A program made the translations under genes and the position numbers. From Phyllobates terribilis (Eukaryota): 64,000 nt of DNA. Positions within the stretch are counted from its first letter, which is position 1. Every line of letters begins with the position of its first letter. The stretch lies in the NCBI RefSeq assembly GCF_046119375.1, contig NW_027362768.1, positions 385,020,001 through 385,084,000 of the forward strand, written 5' to 3'. Positions 30,501 through 41,100 of this stretch are shown here, in pieces. The notes beneath the pieces are model-generated. The model did not search any database. It saw nothing but the letters and a program-made list of their open reading frames with translations, and was not told the origin of the DNA.

Positions 30501-33500
30501 CAGGGGGCCGCTGTCTCCCGGGTAGTGGGGGTGTTCTTCTCTATGACCACAGGGGGCCGCTGTCTCCCGAGTAGTGGGGGTGTTCTTCTCTATGACCACA
30601 GGGGGCCGCTGTCTTCCAGGTAGTGGGGGCATTCTGATCTGTGACCACAAGGGGCCGCTGTCTCCCAGTAGTGGGGGCGTTCTTCTCTGTGACCACAGGG
30701 GGCCGCTGTCATCCAGGTAGTGGGAGGCGTTCTTCTCTGTGACCACAGGGGGCCGCTGTCATCCAGGTAGTGGGAGGCATTCTTCTGTGTGACCACTGGG
30801 GGGCCGCTGTCTCCCAGGTAGTGGGTTCTTTCTTCTCTATGACCACAGGAGGCCGCTGTCTCCCGGATAGTGGGGATGTTCTTCTCTGTGACCTCAGGGG
30901 GCCGCTATCTCCCAGGTCGTGGGGATGTTCTTCTCTGTGACCACAGGGGGCCGCTGTCTCCCGGGCAGTGGGGGCGTTCTTTCAGTGACCACAGGGGGCC
31001 GCTGTCTCCCAGCAGTGGGGGCGTTCTTTCAGTGACCACAGGGGGCCGCTGTCTCCACGGCTGTAGGGGCATTCTTCTCTGTGACCACAGGGGGCCGCTT
31101 TCCCTCGGGCAGTGGGGGCGTTCTTCTCTGTGACCACAGGGGGCCGCTGTCTCCCAGTAGTGGGGGCGTTCTTTGTGACCACAGGGGGCCGCTGTCTCCC
31201 GGGCAGTGGGGCTTTCTTCTCTGTGACCAGAGGGGGCCACTGTCTCCCGGGTAGTGGGGGCGTTCTTCTCTGTGACCACAGGGGGCCGCTGTCTTCCAGG
31301 TAGTGGGGGCATTCTGATCTGTGACCACAAGGGGCCGCTGTCTCCCAGTAGTGGGGGCGTTCTTCTCTGTGACCACAGGGGGCCGCTGTCATCCAGGTAG
31401 TGGGAGGCGTTCTTCTCTGTGACCACAGGGGGCCGCTGTCATCCAGGTAGTGGGAGGCATTCTTCTGTGTGACAACAGGGGGGCCGCTGTCTCCCAGTAG
31501 TGGGGGCGTTCTTCTCTGTGACCACAGGGGGCTGCTGTCATCCAGGTAGTGGGAGGCGTTCTACTCTGTGACCACAGGGGGCCGCTGTCATCCAGGTAGT
31601 GGGAGGCATTCTTCTGTGTGATCACAGGGAGTGCTGTCTTCTAGGTAGTGAGGACGTTCTTCTGTGTGACCACAGGGGGCCTCTGTCTCCCGGGTAGTGA
31701 GGGCGTTCTTCTCTGTGACCACAGGGGCCGCTGTCTCCCAGTAGTGGGGATGTTCTTCTCTGTGATCACAGGGGGCCGCTGTCTCCCACGTAGTGGGTTC
31801 TTTCTTCTCTGAGACCACAGGGGGCCGCTGTCTCCCGGATAGTGGGGGCGTTCTACTCTGTGACCACAGGGGGCCGCTGTCTCCCGGGTAGTGGGGATGT
31901 TCTTCTCTGTGACCACAGGGGGCCGCTGTCTCCCGGGTAGTGGGGGCATTCTTCTCTGTGACCACAGGGGGCCGCTGTCTCAAGGGTAGTGGGGGCATTC
32001 TTCTCTGTGACCACAGGGGGCCGCTGTCTCCCGTGTAGTGGGGGCGTTCTTCTCTGAGACCACAGGGGGCCGCTGTCTCCCGGATAGTGGGGGCGTTCTT
32101 CTCTGTGACCACAGGGGGCCGCTGTCTCCCGGGTAGTGAGGGCGTTCTTCTCTGTGACCACAGGGGGCCGCTGTCTCCCGGGTAGTGAGGGCGTTCTTCT
32201 CTGTGACCACAGGGGGCCGCTGTCTCCCGGGTAGTGGGGATGTTCTTCTCTGTGAGCACAGGGGGCCGCTGTCTCCCGGGTAGTGGGGGCATTCTTCTCT
32301 GTGACCACAGGGGGCCGCTGTCTCCCGGGTAGTGGGGGCATTCTTCTCTGTGACCACAGGGGGCCGCTGTCTCCCGTGTAGTGGGGGCGTTCTTCTCTGT
32401 GACCACAGGGGGCCGCTGTCTGCCGGGTAGTGGGGACGTTCTTCTCTGTGACCACAGGGGGCTGCTGTCATCCAGGTAGTGGGAGGCATTCTTCTCTGTG
32501 ACCACTGGGGGCCGCTGTCTCCCCGGTAGTGGGGGCTTTCTTCTCTGTGACCACAGGGGGCCCTGTCTCCGGGGTAGTGAGGGTGTTCTTCTCTGTGACC
32601 ACAGGGGGCCGCTGTCTCCCAGGTAGTGGTTTCTTTCTTCTCTGTGACCACAGGAGGCCGCTGTCTCCCAGGTCGTGGGGATGTTCTTCTCTGTGACCAC
32701 AGGGGGCCGCTGTCTCCCAGGTAGTGGGTTCTTTCTTCTCTGTGACCACAGGAGGCCGCTGTCTCCCAGGTCGTGGGGATGTTCTTCTGTGTGACCACAG
32801 GGGGCTGCTGTCATCCAGGTAGTGGGTTCTTTCTTCTCTGTGACCACAGGAGGCCGCTGTCTCCCAGGTCGTGGGGATGTTCTTCTCTGTGACCACAGGG
32901 GGCCGCTGTCTCCCAAGTAGTGGGGATGTTCTTCTCTGTGACCACAGGGGGCCGCTGTCTCCCGAGCAGTGGGGGCATTCTTCTCTGTGACCATAGGGGG
33001 CCGCTGTCTCCCAGGCAGTGGGGGCTTTCTTCTCTGTGACCACAGGGGGCCGCTGTCTCCCGGGTAGTGAGGGCGTTCTTCTCTGTGACCACAGGGGGCC
33101 GCTGTCTCCCAGGCAGTGGGGGCTTTCTTCTCTGTGACCATAGGGGGCCGCTGTCTCCCAGGCAGTGGGGGCTTTCTTCTCTGTGACCACAGGGGGCCGC
33201 TGTTTCCCAGTAGTGGGGGCATTCTTCTCTGTGACCACAGGGGGCCGCTGTCTCCCAGGCAGTGGGGGCTTTCTTCTCTGTGACCATAGGGGGCTGCTGT
33301 CTCCCAGCAGTGGGGGCGTTCTTCTCTGTGACCACAGGGGGGCGCTGTCTCACAGCAGTGGGGGCGTTCTTCTCTGTGACCACAGAGGGCCGCTGTCTCC
33401 CGGGTAGTGGGTTCTTTATTCTCTATGACCACAGGGGGCCGCTGTCTCCCGGGTAGTGGGGGTGTTCTTCTCTATGACCACAGGGGGCCGCTGTCTCCCG

Positions 33501-35270
33501 AGTAGTGGGGGTGTTCTTCTCTATGACCACAGGGGGCCGCTGTCTTCCAGGTAGTGGGGGCATTCTGATCTGTGACCACAAGGGGCCGCTGTCTCCCAGT
33601 AGTGGGGGCGTTCTTCTCTGTGACCACAGGAGGCCGCTGTCATCCAGGTAGTGGGAGGCGTTCTTCTCTGTGACCACAGGGGGCCGCTGTCATCCAGGTA
33701 GTGGGAGGCATTCTTCTGTGTGACCACAGGGGGGCCGCTGTCTCCCAGTAGTGGGGGCGTTCTTCTCTGTGACCACAGGAGGCCGCTGTCATCCAGGTAG
33801 TGGGAGGCGTTCTACTCTGTGACCACAGGGGGCTGCTGTCATCCAGGTAGTGGGAGGCATTCTTCTGTGTGACCACAGGGGGCCTCTGTCTCCCGGGTAG
33901 TGAGGGCGTTCTTCTCTGTGACCACAGGGGCCGCTGTCTCCCAGTAGTGGGGATGTTCTTCTCTGTGACCACAGGGGGCCGCTGTCTCCCACGTAGTGGG
34001 TTCTTTCTTCTCTGAGACCACAGGGGGCCGCTGTCTCCCGGATAGTGGGGGCGTTCTTCTCTGTGACCACAGGGGGCCGCTGTCTCCCGGGTAGTGGGGA
34101 TGTTCTTCTCTGTGACCACAGGGGGCCGCTGTCTCCCGGGTAGTGGGGGCATTCTTCTCTGTGACCACAGGGGGCCGCTGTCTCAAGGGTAGTGGGGGCA
34201 TTCTTCTCTGTGACCACAGGGGGCCGCTGTCTCCCGTGTAGTGGGGGCGTTCTTCTCTGAGACCACAGGGGGCCGCTGTCTCCCGGATAGTGGGGGCGTT
34301 CTTCTCTGTGACCACAGGGGGCCGCTGTCTCCCGGGTAGTGAGGGCGTTCTTCTCTGTGACCACAGGGGGCCGCTGTCTCCCGGGTAGTGAGGGCGTTCT
34401 TCTCTGTGACCACAGGGGGCCGCTGTCTCCCGGGTAGTGGGAGCATTCTTCTCTGTGACCACAGGGGGCCGCTGTCTCCCGGGTAGTGGGGACGTTCTTC
34501 TCTGTGACCACAGGGGGCTGCTGTCATCCAGGTAGTGGGGATGTTCTTCTCTGTGACCACAAGGGGCCGCTGTCTCCCGGGTAGTGGGGGCTTTCTTCTC
34601 TGTGACCACAGGGGGCCGCTGTCTCCCGGGTAGTGGGGGCTTTCTTCTCTGTGACCACAGGGGGCTGCTGTCTCCCGGGTAGTGGGGGCTTTCTTCTCTG
34701 TGACCACAGGGGGCCGCTGTCATCCAGGTAGTGGGGGCGTTCTTCTCTGTGACCACAAGGGGCCCCTGTCATCCAAGTTGTGGGGGCGTTCTTCTCTGTG
34801 ACCACTGGGGGCCGCTGTCATCCAGGTAGTGGGGGCGTTCTTCTCTGTGACCACAGGGGGCCGCTGTCTCCCCGGTAGTGGGGACTTTCTTCTCTTTGAC
34901 CACAGGGGGCCGCTGTCTCCCTGTTAGTGGGGGCTTTCTTCCCTTTGACCACAGGGGGCCGCTGTCTCCCAGGCAGTGGGAGCATTCTTCTCTGAGACTA
35001 TAGGGGGCCGCTGTCTCCCAGGTAGTTGGGGCGTTCTTCTCTCTGACCACAGGGGGCCGCTGTCTCCCAGCAGTGGGGGCGTTCTTCTCTCTGACCACAG
35101 GGGGCCGCTGTCTCCCAGCAGTGGGGGCGATCTTCTCTGTGACCACAGGGGGCCGCTGTCTCCCGGGTAGTGGGGGCGTTCTTTCAGTGACCACAGGGGG
35201 CCGCTGTCTCCCAGCAGTGGGGGCGTTCTTTCAGTGACCACAGGAGGCCACTGTCACCCGTGTAGTGGTG
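21546..35270. repeat. 49-bp GC-rich satellite, about 280 copies (13.7 kb), between GLYCTK and DNAH1
   Basis: Consensus gtgaccacagggggccgctgtctcccgggtagtgggggcgttcttctct; period 49 checked (21577 to 21626); 46-48-bp deletion variants. Confidence 0.97.
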
Positions 35271-35289
35271 GCATAACTGTTAATGGGCG

Positions 35290-35477
35290 CTAGGCGCCGC
35301 TGTCTCCCGGTTACCACACAGTGGTGGAGTTGCATTGTCTGTGTCGGCCGCTAGGAGTCGCATAGTCAGAATATGCTAATTACTCGTGGCTGGGGGCGTG
35401 TCCATCCGTCCTCCCTGCTGATGACTTGGTGTCTCCCTGGATACGCGGCGTCCTGTTGCCTGGAGACGGCGGAGCAG
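35290..35477 (+). promoter_or_regulatory. Probable DNAH1 promoter and non-coding exon 1 with three RFX X-box-like sites and a GC box
   Basis: GTCTCCCGGTTAC 35302-35314, GTCTCCCTGGATAC 35431-35444, GTTGCCTGGAGAC 35455-35467, GGGGGCGTG near 35392; candidate donor CAG|GTACTG at 35478. Confidence 0.6.
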
Positions 35478-35924
35478 GTACTGTGATTTCTGCGCTCGTT
35501 CTGTCTTCGGTTTATATGAATTTGTACCGGACCCGCAGCTGCGACACAGCACAGCCTGAAGTCAGGGGGACTACAAGCCCCAGCTCACCCAGTTGCAGCC
35601 CTCCGGGGATTGCTGGGGCATGTAGTTCCCCGGCTGGCCCCTGTGTGGGGTTTGTGGCCCCCGCTGTCCTTTGTAACAGCAGTTCTGTCCCTCCTCGATG
35701 CTTTACACTGCCGCTCTGCTCCCTTAGGGCTGCTCTGTGATCAGTGACTCCACCCCATTGTCTGTTGGTGTCTCACCCCGCCGTCAGTTCTGAGGCTCGG
35801 GGCTGTTCTGTGCCTTCCCAAATGCTTTACAGTGCAGCTCCGCTCTCTGCTCCGGGGAATCGTCCTGGTATCAGAGAGAAGCTCCAAAGTCAGGGTGGAA
35901 TAGTCTGCAGCTCAAATGATGGAG

Positions 35925-37850
35925 AGGTGATGCTCTGCAGGGGGGGTGATGTTCTGGAGGGGGGGTGATGTTCTGCAGGGGAGTGATGTTCTGCGGGGAG
36001 TGATGTTCTGCGGGGGGTGATGTTCTGCAGGGGGGGATGTTCTGCAGGGGGGGATGTTCTGCGGGGGGGGGTGTTCTGCAGGGGGGGATGTTCTGCAGGG
36101 GGGGATGTTCTGCGGGGGGGATGTTCTGCGGGGGGGTGATGTTCTGCGGGGGGTGGTGTTCTGCGGGGGGTGATGTTCTGCGGGGGGCGATGTTCTGCGG
36201 GGGGCGATGTTCTGCAGGGGAGTGATGTTCTGCAGGGGAGTGATGTTCTGCAGGGGAGTGATGTTCTGCGGGGAGTGATGTTCTGCGGGGGGGGTGTTCT
36301 GCGGGGGGGGTGTTCTGCGGGGGGGGGTGTTCTGCAGGGGGTGATGTTCTGCGGGGGCGGGTGTTCTGCGGGGGCGGGTGTTCTGCAGGGGGTGATGTTC
36401 TGCGGGGGGGCTGATGTTCTGCGGGGAGTGATGTTCTGCGAGGGGTGATCTGCAGGGGGTGATGTTCTGCGGGGAGTGATGTTCTGCGGGGGCTGGTGTT
36501 CTGCAGGGGGGGTGATGTTCTGCAGGGGGGTGATGTTCTGCTGGGGGTGATGTTCTGCGGGGGGTGATGTTCTGCTGGGGGGTGATGTTCTGCTGGGGGT
36601 GGTGTTCTGCGGGGGGTGATGTTCTGCGGGGGGTGATGTTCTGCGGGGGGTGATGTTCTGCGGGGGGTGGTGTTCTGCGGGGGGCGATGTTCTGCGGGGG
36701 GCGATGTTCTGCAGGGGAGTGATGTTCTGCTGGGGGTGATGTTCTGCGGGGGCTGGTGTTCTGCAGGGGGGGTGATGTTCTGCAGGGGGGTGATGTTCTG
36801 CTGGGGGTGATGTTCTGTGGGGGCTGATGTTCTGCAGGGGGGTGATGTTCTGCTGGGGGTGATGTTCTGCTGGGGGTGATGTTCTGTGGGGGGTGATGTT
36901 CTGCAGGGGGGTGATGTTCTGCTGGGGGTGATGTTCTGTGGGGGGTGATGTTCTGCTGGGGGTGATGTTCTGTGGGGGCTGATGTTCTGCAGGGGGGTGA
37001 TGTTCTGCTGGGGGTGATGTTCTGCTGGGGGTGATGTTCTGTGGGGGGTGATGTTCTGCTGGGGGTGATGTTCTGCTGGGGGTGATGTTCTGTGGGGGGT
37101 GATGTTCTGCTGGGGGTGATGTTCTGTGGGGGCTGATGTTCTGCAGGGGGGTGATGTTCTGCTGGGGGTGATGTTCTGTGGGGGGTGATGTTCTGCAGGG
37201 GGGTGATGTTCTGCTGGGGGTGATGTTCTGTGGGGGCTGATGTTCGGCAGGGGGTGGTGTTCTGCTGGGGGTGATGTTCTGCGGGGGGGTGATGTTCTGC
37301 TGGGGGTGATGTTCTGCAGGGGGGTGATGTTCTGCTGGGGGTGGTGTTCTGCTGGGGGTGATGTTCTGCAGGGGGTGGTGTTCTGCTGGGGGTGATGTTC
37401 TGCGGGGGGGTGATGTTCTGTGGGGGGGGTGATGTTCTGCGGGGGGTGATGTTCTGCTGGGGGTGATGTTCTTCAGGGGGGTGATGTTCGGCGGGGGTTG
37501 TGATGTTCTGCGGGGGCTGATGTTCGGCAGGGGGGTGATGTTCTGCAGGGGGGTGATGTTCTGCAGGGGGGTGATGTTCTGCGAGGGGTGATGTGATGTT
37601 CTTCAGGGTGGTGATGTTCGGCAGGGGGGTGATGTTCTGCAGGGTGCTGGGGGCTGATGTTCGGCAGGGGGGTGATGTTCTGCTGGGGGTGATGTTCTGC
37701 AGGGGGGTGATGTTCTGCAGGGGGGTGATGTGATGTTCTTCAGGGTGGTGATGTTCGGCAGGGGGGTGATGTTCTGCAGGGGGGTGATGTTCTGCAGGGG
37801 GGTGATGTTCTGCAGGGTGCTGGGGGTGGTGTTCTGAGGAAGGGGGGGGT
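35925..37850. repeat. 16-19-bp G-run minisatellite, about 110 copies
   Basis: Unit gc(a/t/g)ggggg(g)tgatgttct. Confidence 0.95.
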
Positions 37851-37914
37851 GATGCTCTGCAGCTGTCGCAGTCCTGTAGTTTTCGGACATCTTTGTCTCC
37901 TCTGTAGAGCGCAG

Positions 37915-38115
37915 ATGGAGCAGATACGTGCGGACGACTCCCATCCTCCTCCTCCTCCGAGTCCCATCCACACCGGGAGATCCCCGCGTCCGCAGTCTCT
38001 TGTGCCGGTATCGGCCGCGCAGATCAGCGCCGTCCTGCCGCGGAAATATCCGGTGATCAGACAGCGAGGCTTCTACTCCGATATCCTGACCTACAGCGCC
38101 GCCCCTCTGGTGAAA
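37915..38115 (+). CDS. DNAH1: DNAH1 first coding exon (acceptor 37907/37908)
   Basis: MEQIRADD...RKYPVIRQRGFYSDILTYSAAPLVK; donor GTGAGT. Confidence 0.85.
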
Positions 38116-41100
38116 GTGAGTGCAGGCGTCACATGACTGGCGGCCACGTGCTGCACTTCATGTGTCCACAGCCCCAGATCGCTCTGTCCCCGCCGTCCTC
38201 CGGTGCCGCAACTTCAGCCGCCATTTCCGTGTTATTGCAGGATCTTAACGCCGGGCCGAGCGTCCAACCGGATCTCCTGAGACAAGCGGACGAGGAGCGC
38301 AACACTCCGAAAGGTGAGCCGGGGATACAGTGTAACAACCACAGGCAGCGAGACCACGGCAACCACATCCACCAATCACAAGAGGCGATGTCACAGCTCA
38401 CCTCCTCCTGCACAATGACTGATAACTCTACATGGGGTGTAGCTCCCGTCACCCGGGCTCAGTACATGGGGTGTAGCTCCCGTCACCCGGGCTCAGAACA
38501 TGGGGTGTAGCTCCCGTCACCCGGGCTCAGTACATGGGGTGTATCTCCCGTCACCCGGGCTCAGTACATGGGGTGTAGCTCCCGTCACCCGGGCTCAGAA
38601 CATGGGGTGTAGCTCCCGTCACCCGGGCTCAGTACATGGGGTGTAGCTCCCGTCACCCGGGCTCAGTACATGGGGTGTAGCTCCCGTCACCCGGGCTCAG
38701 TACATGGGGTGTAGCTCCCGTCACCCGGGCTCAGTACATGGGGTGTAGCTCTCGTCACCCGGGCTCAGAACATGGGGTGTAGCTCCCGTCACCCGGGCTC
38801 AGTACATGGGGTGTATCTCCCGTCACCCGGGCTCAGTACATGGGGTGTAGCTCCCGTCACCCGGGCTCAGAACATGGGGTGTAGCTCCCGTCACCCGGGC
38901 TCAGTACATGGGGTGTAGCTCCCGTCACCCGGGCTCAGTACATGGGGTGTAGCTCCCGTCACCCGGGCTCAGTACATGGGGTGTAGCTCCCGTCACCCGG
39001 GCTCAGTACATGGGGTGTAGCTCTCGTCACCCGGGCTCAGAACATGGGGTGTAGCTCCCGTCACCCGGGCTCAGTACATGGGGTGTATCTCCCGTCACCC
39101 GGGCTCAGTACATGGGGTGTATCTCCCGTCACCCGGGCTCAGTACATGGGGTGTAGCTCCCGTCACCCGGGCTCAGTACATGGGGTGTAGCTCCCGTCAC
39201 CCGGGCTCAGTACATGGAGTATAGCTCCCGTCACCCGGGCTCAGTACATTGGGTGTCTTGTCCGGCTCGTGCGCTCCGGGCTCAGTACATGCGGTGTCTC
39301 GTCCGGCTCGTGCGCTCCGGGCTCAGTACATGGGGTGTCTCGCCCGTCTCGTGCGCTCCGGGCTCAGTACATGGGGTGTCTCGTCCGTCTCGTGCGCTCC
39401 GGGCTCAGTACATGGGGTGTCTCGCCCGTCTCGTGCGCTCCGGGCTCAGTACATGGGGTGTCTCGCCCGTCTCGTGCGTCCCGGGCTCAGTACATGGGGT
39501 GTCTCGCCCGTCTCGTGCGCTCCGGGCTCAGTACATGGGGTGTCTCGCCCGTCTCGTGCGCTCCGGGCTCAGTACATGGGGTGTCTCGCCCGTCTTGTGC
39601 GCTCCGGGCTCAGTACATGGGGTGTCTCGCCCGTCTCGTGCGTCCCGGGCTCAGTACATGGGGTGTCTCGCCCGTCTCGTGCGCTCCGGGCTCAGTACAT
39701 GGGGTGTCTCGCCCGTCTCGTGCGCTCCGGGCTCAGTACATGGGGTGTCTCGTCCGTCTCGTGCGCTCCGGGCTCAGTACACGGGGTGTCTCTTCTGTCT
39801 CGTGCGCTCCAGGCTCAGTACTTGGGGTGTATCGCTCGTCTCGTGCGCTCCGGGCTCAGTACATGGGGTGTCTCGTGCGCTCCGGGCTCAGTACATGGGA
39901 TGTCTCGTGCGCTCCGGGCTCAGTACACGGGGTGTCTCGTCTGTCTCGTGCGCTCCGGGCTCAGTACTTGGGGTGTCTCGCCCGTCTCGTGCGCTCCGGG
40001 CTCAGTACATGGGGCGTCTCGCCCGTCTCGTGCGCTCCGGGCTCAGTACATGGGGTATCTCGCCCGTCTCGTGCGCTCCGGGCTCAGTACATGGGGTGTC
40101 TCGTGCGCTCCGGGCTCAGTACATGGGGTGTCTCGCCCGTCTCGTGCGCTCCGGGCTCAGTACATGGGGTGTCTCGCCCGTCTCGTGCGCTCCGGGCTCA
40201 GTACATGGGGTATCTCGCCCGTCTCGTGCGCTCCGGGTTCAGTACATGGGGTGTCTCGTGCACTCCGGTTTCAGTACATGGGTGTCTCGCCTGTCTCGTG
40301 CGCTCCGGGCTCAGTACATGGGGTGTCTCGCCCGTCTCGTGCGCTCTGGGCTCAGTACATGGGGTGTCTCGTCCGTCTCGTGCGCTCCGGGCTAAGTACA
40401 CGGGGTGTCTCGTGCGCTCCGGTTTCAGTACATGGGGTGTCTCGCCCGTCTCATGCGCTCCGGGCTCAGTACATGGGGTGTCTCGTCCGTCTCGCGCGCT
40501 CCGGGCTCAGTACATGGGGTGTCTCGTGCGCTCCGGTTTCAGTACATGGGGTGTCTCGCCCGTCTCGTGCGCTCCGGGCTCAGTACATGGGGTGTCTCGC
40601 CCGTCTCGTGCGCTCCGGGCTCAGTACACGGGGTGTCTCGTCCGGCTCGTGCGCTCCGGGTTCAGTACACGGGGTGTCTCGTCCGGCTCGTGCGCTCCGG
40701 GCTCAGTACATGGGATGTCTCGTGCGCTCCGGGTTCAGTACACGGGGTGTCTCGTCCGTCTCGTGCGCTCCGGGCTCAATACATGGGATGTCTCGTGCGC
40801 TCCGGGCTCAGTACACGGGGTGTCTCGTCTGTCTCCTGCGCTCCGGGCTCAGTACTTGGGGTGTCTCGCCCGTCTCGTGCGCTCCGGGCTCAGTACATGG
40901 GGCGTCTCGCCCGTCTCGTGCGCTCCGGGCTCAGTACATGGGGCGTCTCGTGCGCTCCGGGCTCAGTACATGGGGTGTCTCGCCAGTCTCATGCGCTCCG
41001 GGCTCAGTACATGGAGTTTCTCACCCGTCTCGTGCGCTTCGGGCTCAGTACATGGGGTATCTCGCCCGTCTCGTGCGCTCCGGGCTCAGTACATGGGGTG

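Noticed and set aside
21382-35241. Dozens of long minus-strand ORFs (up to 952 aa, VVTEKNAPTTRETAAPCGHREE...)
   Set aside because: Translations of the 49-bp satellite; the same peptide appears in all frames, with no splice structure or protein family features
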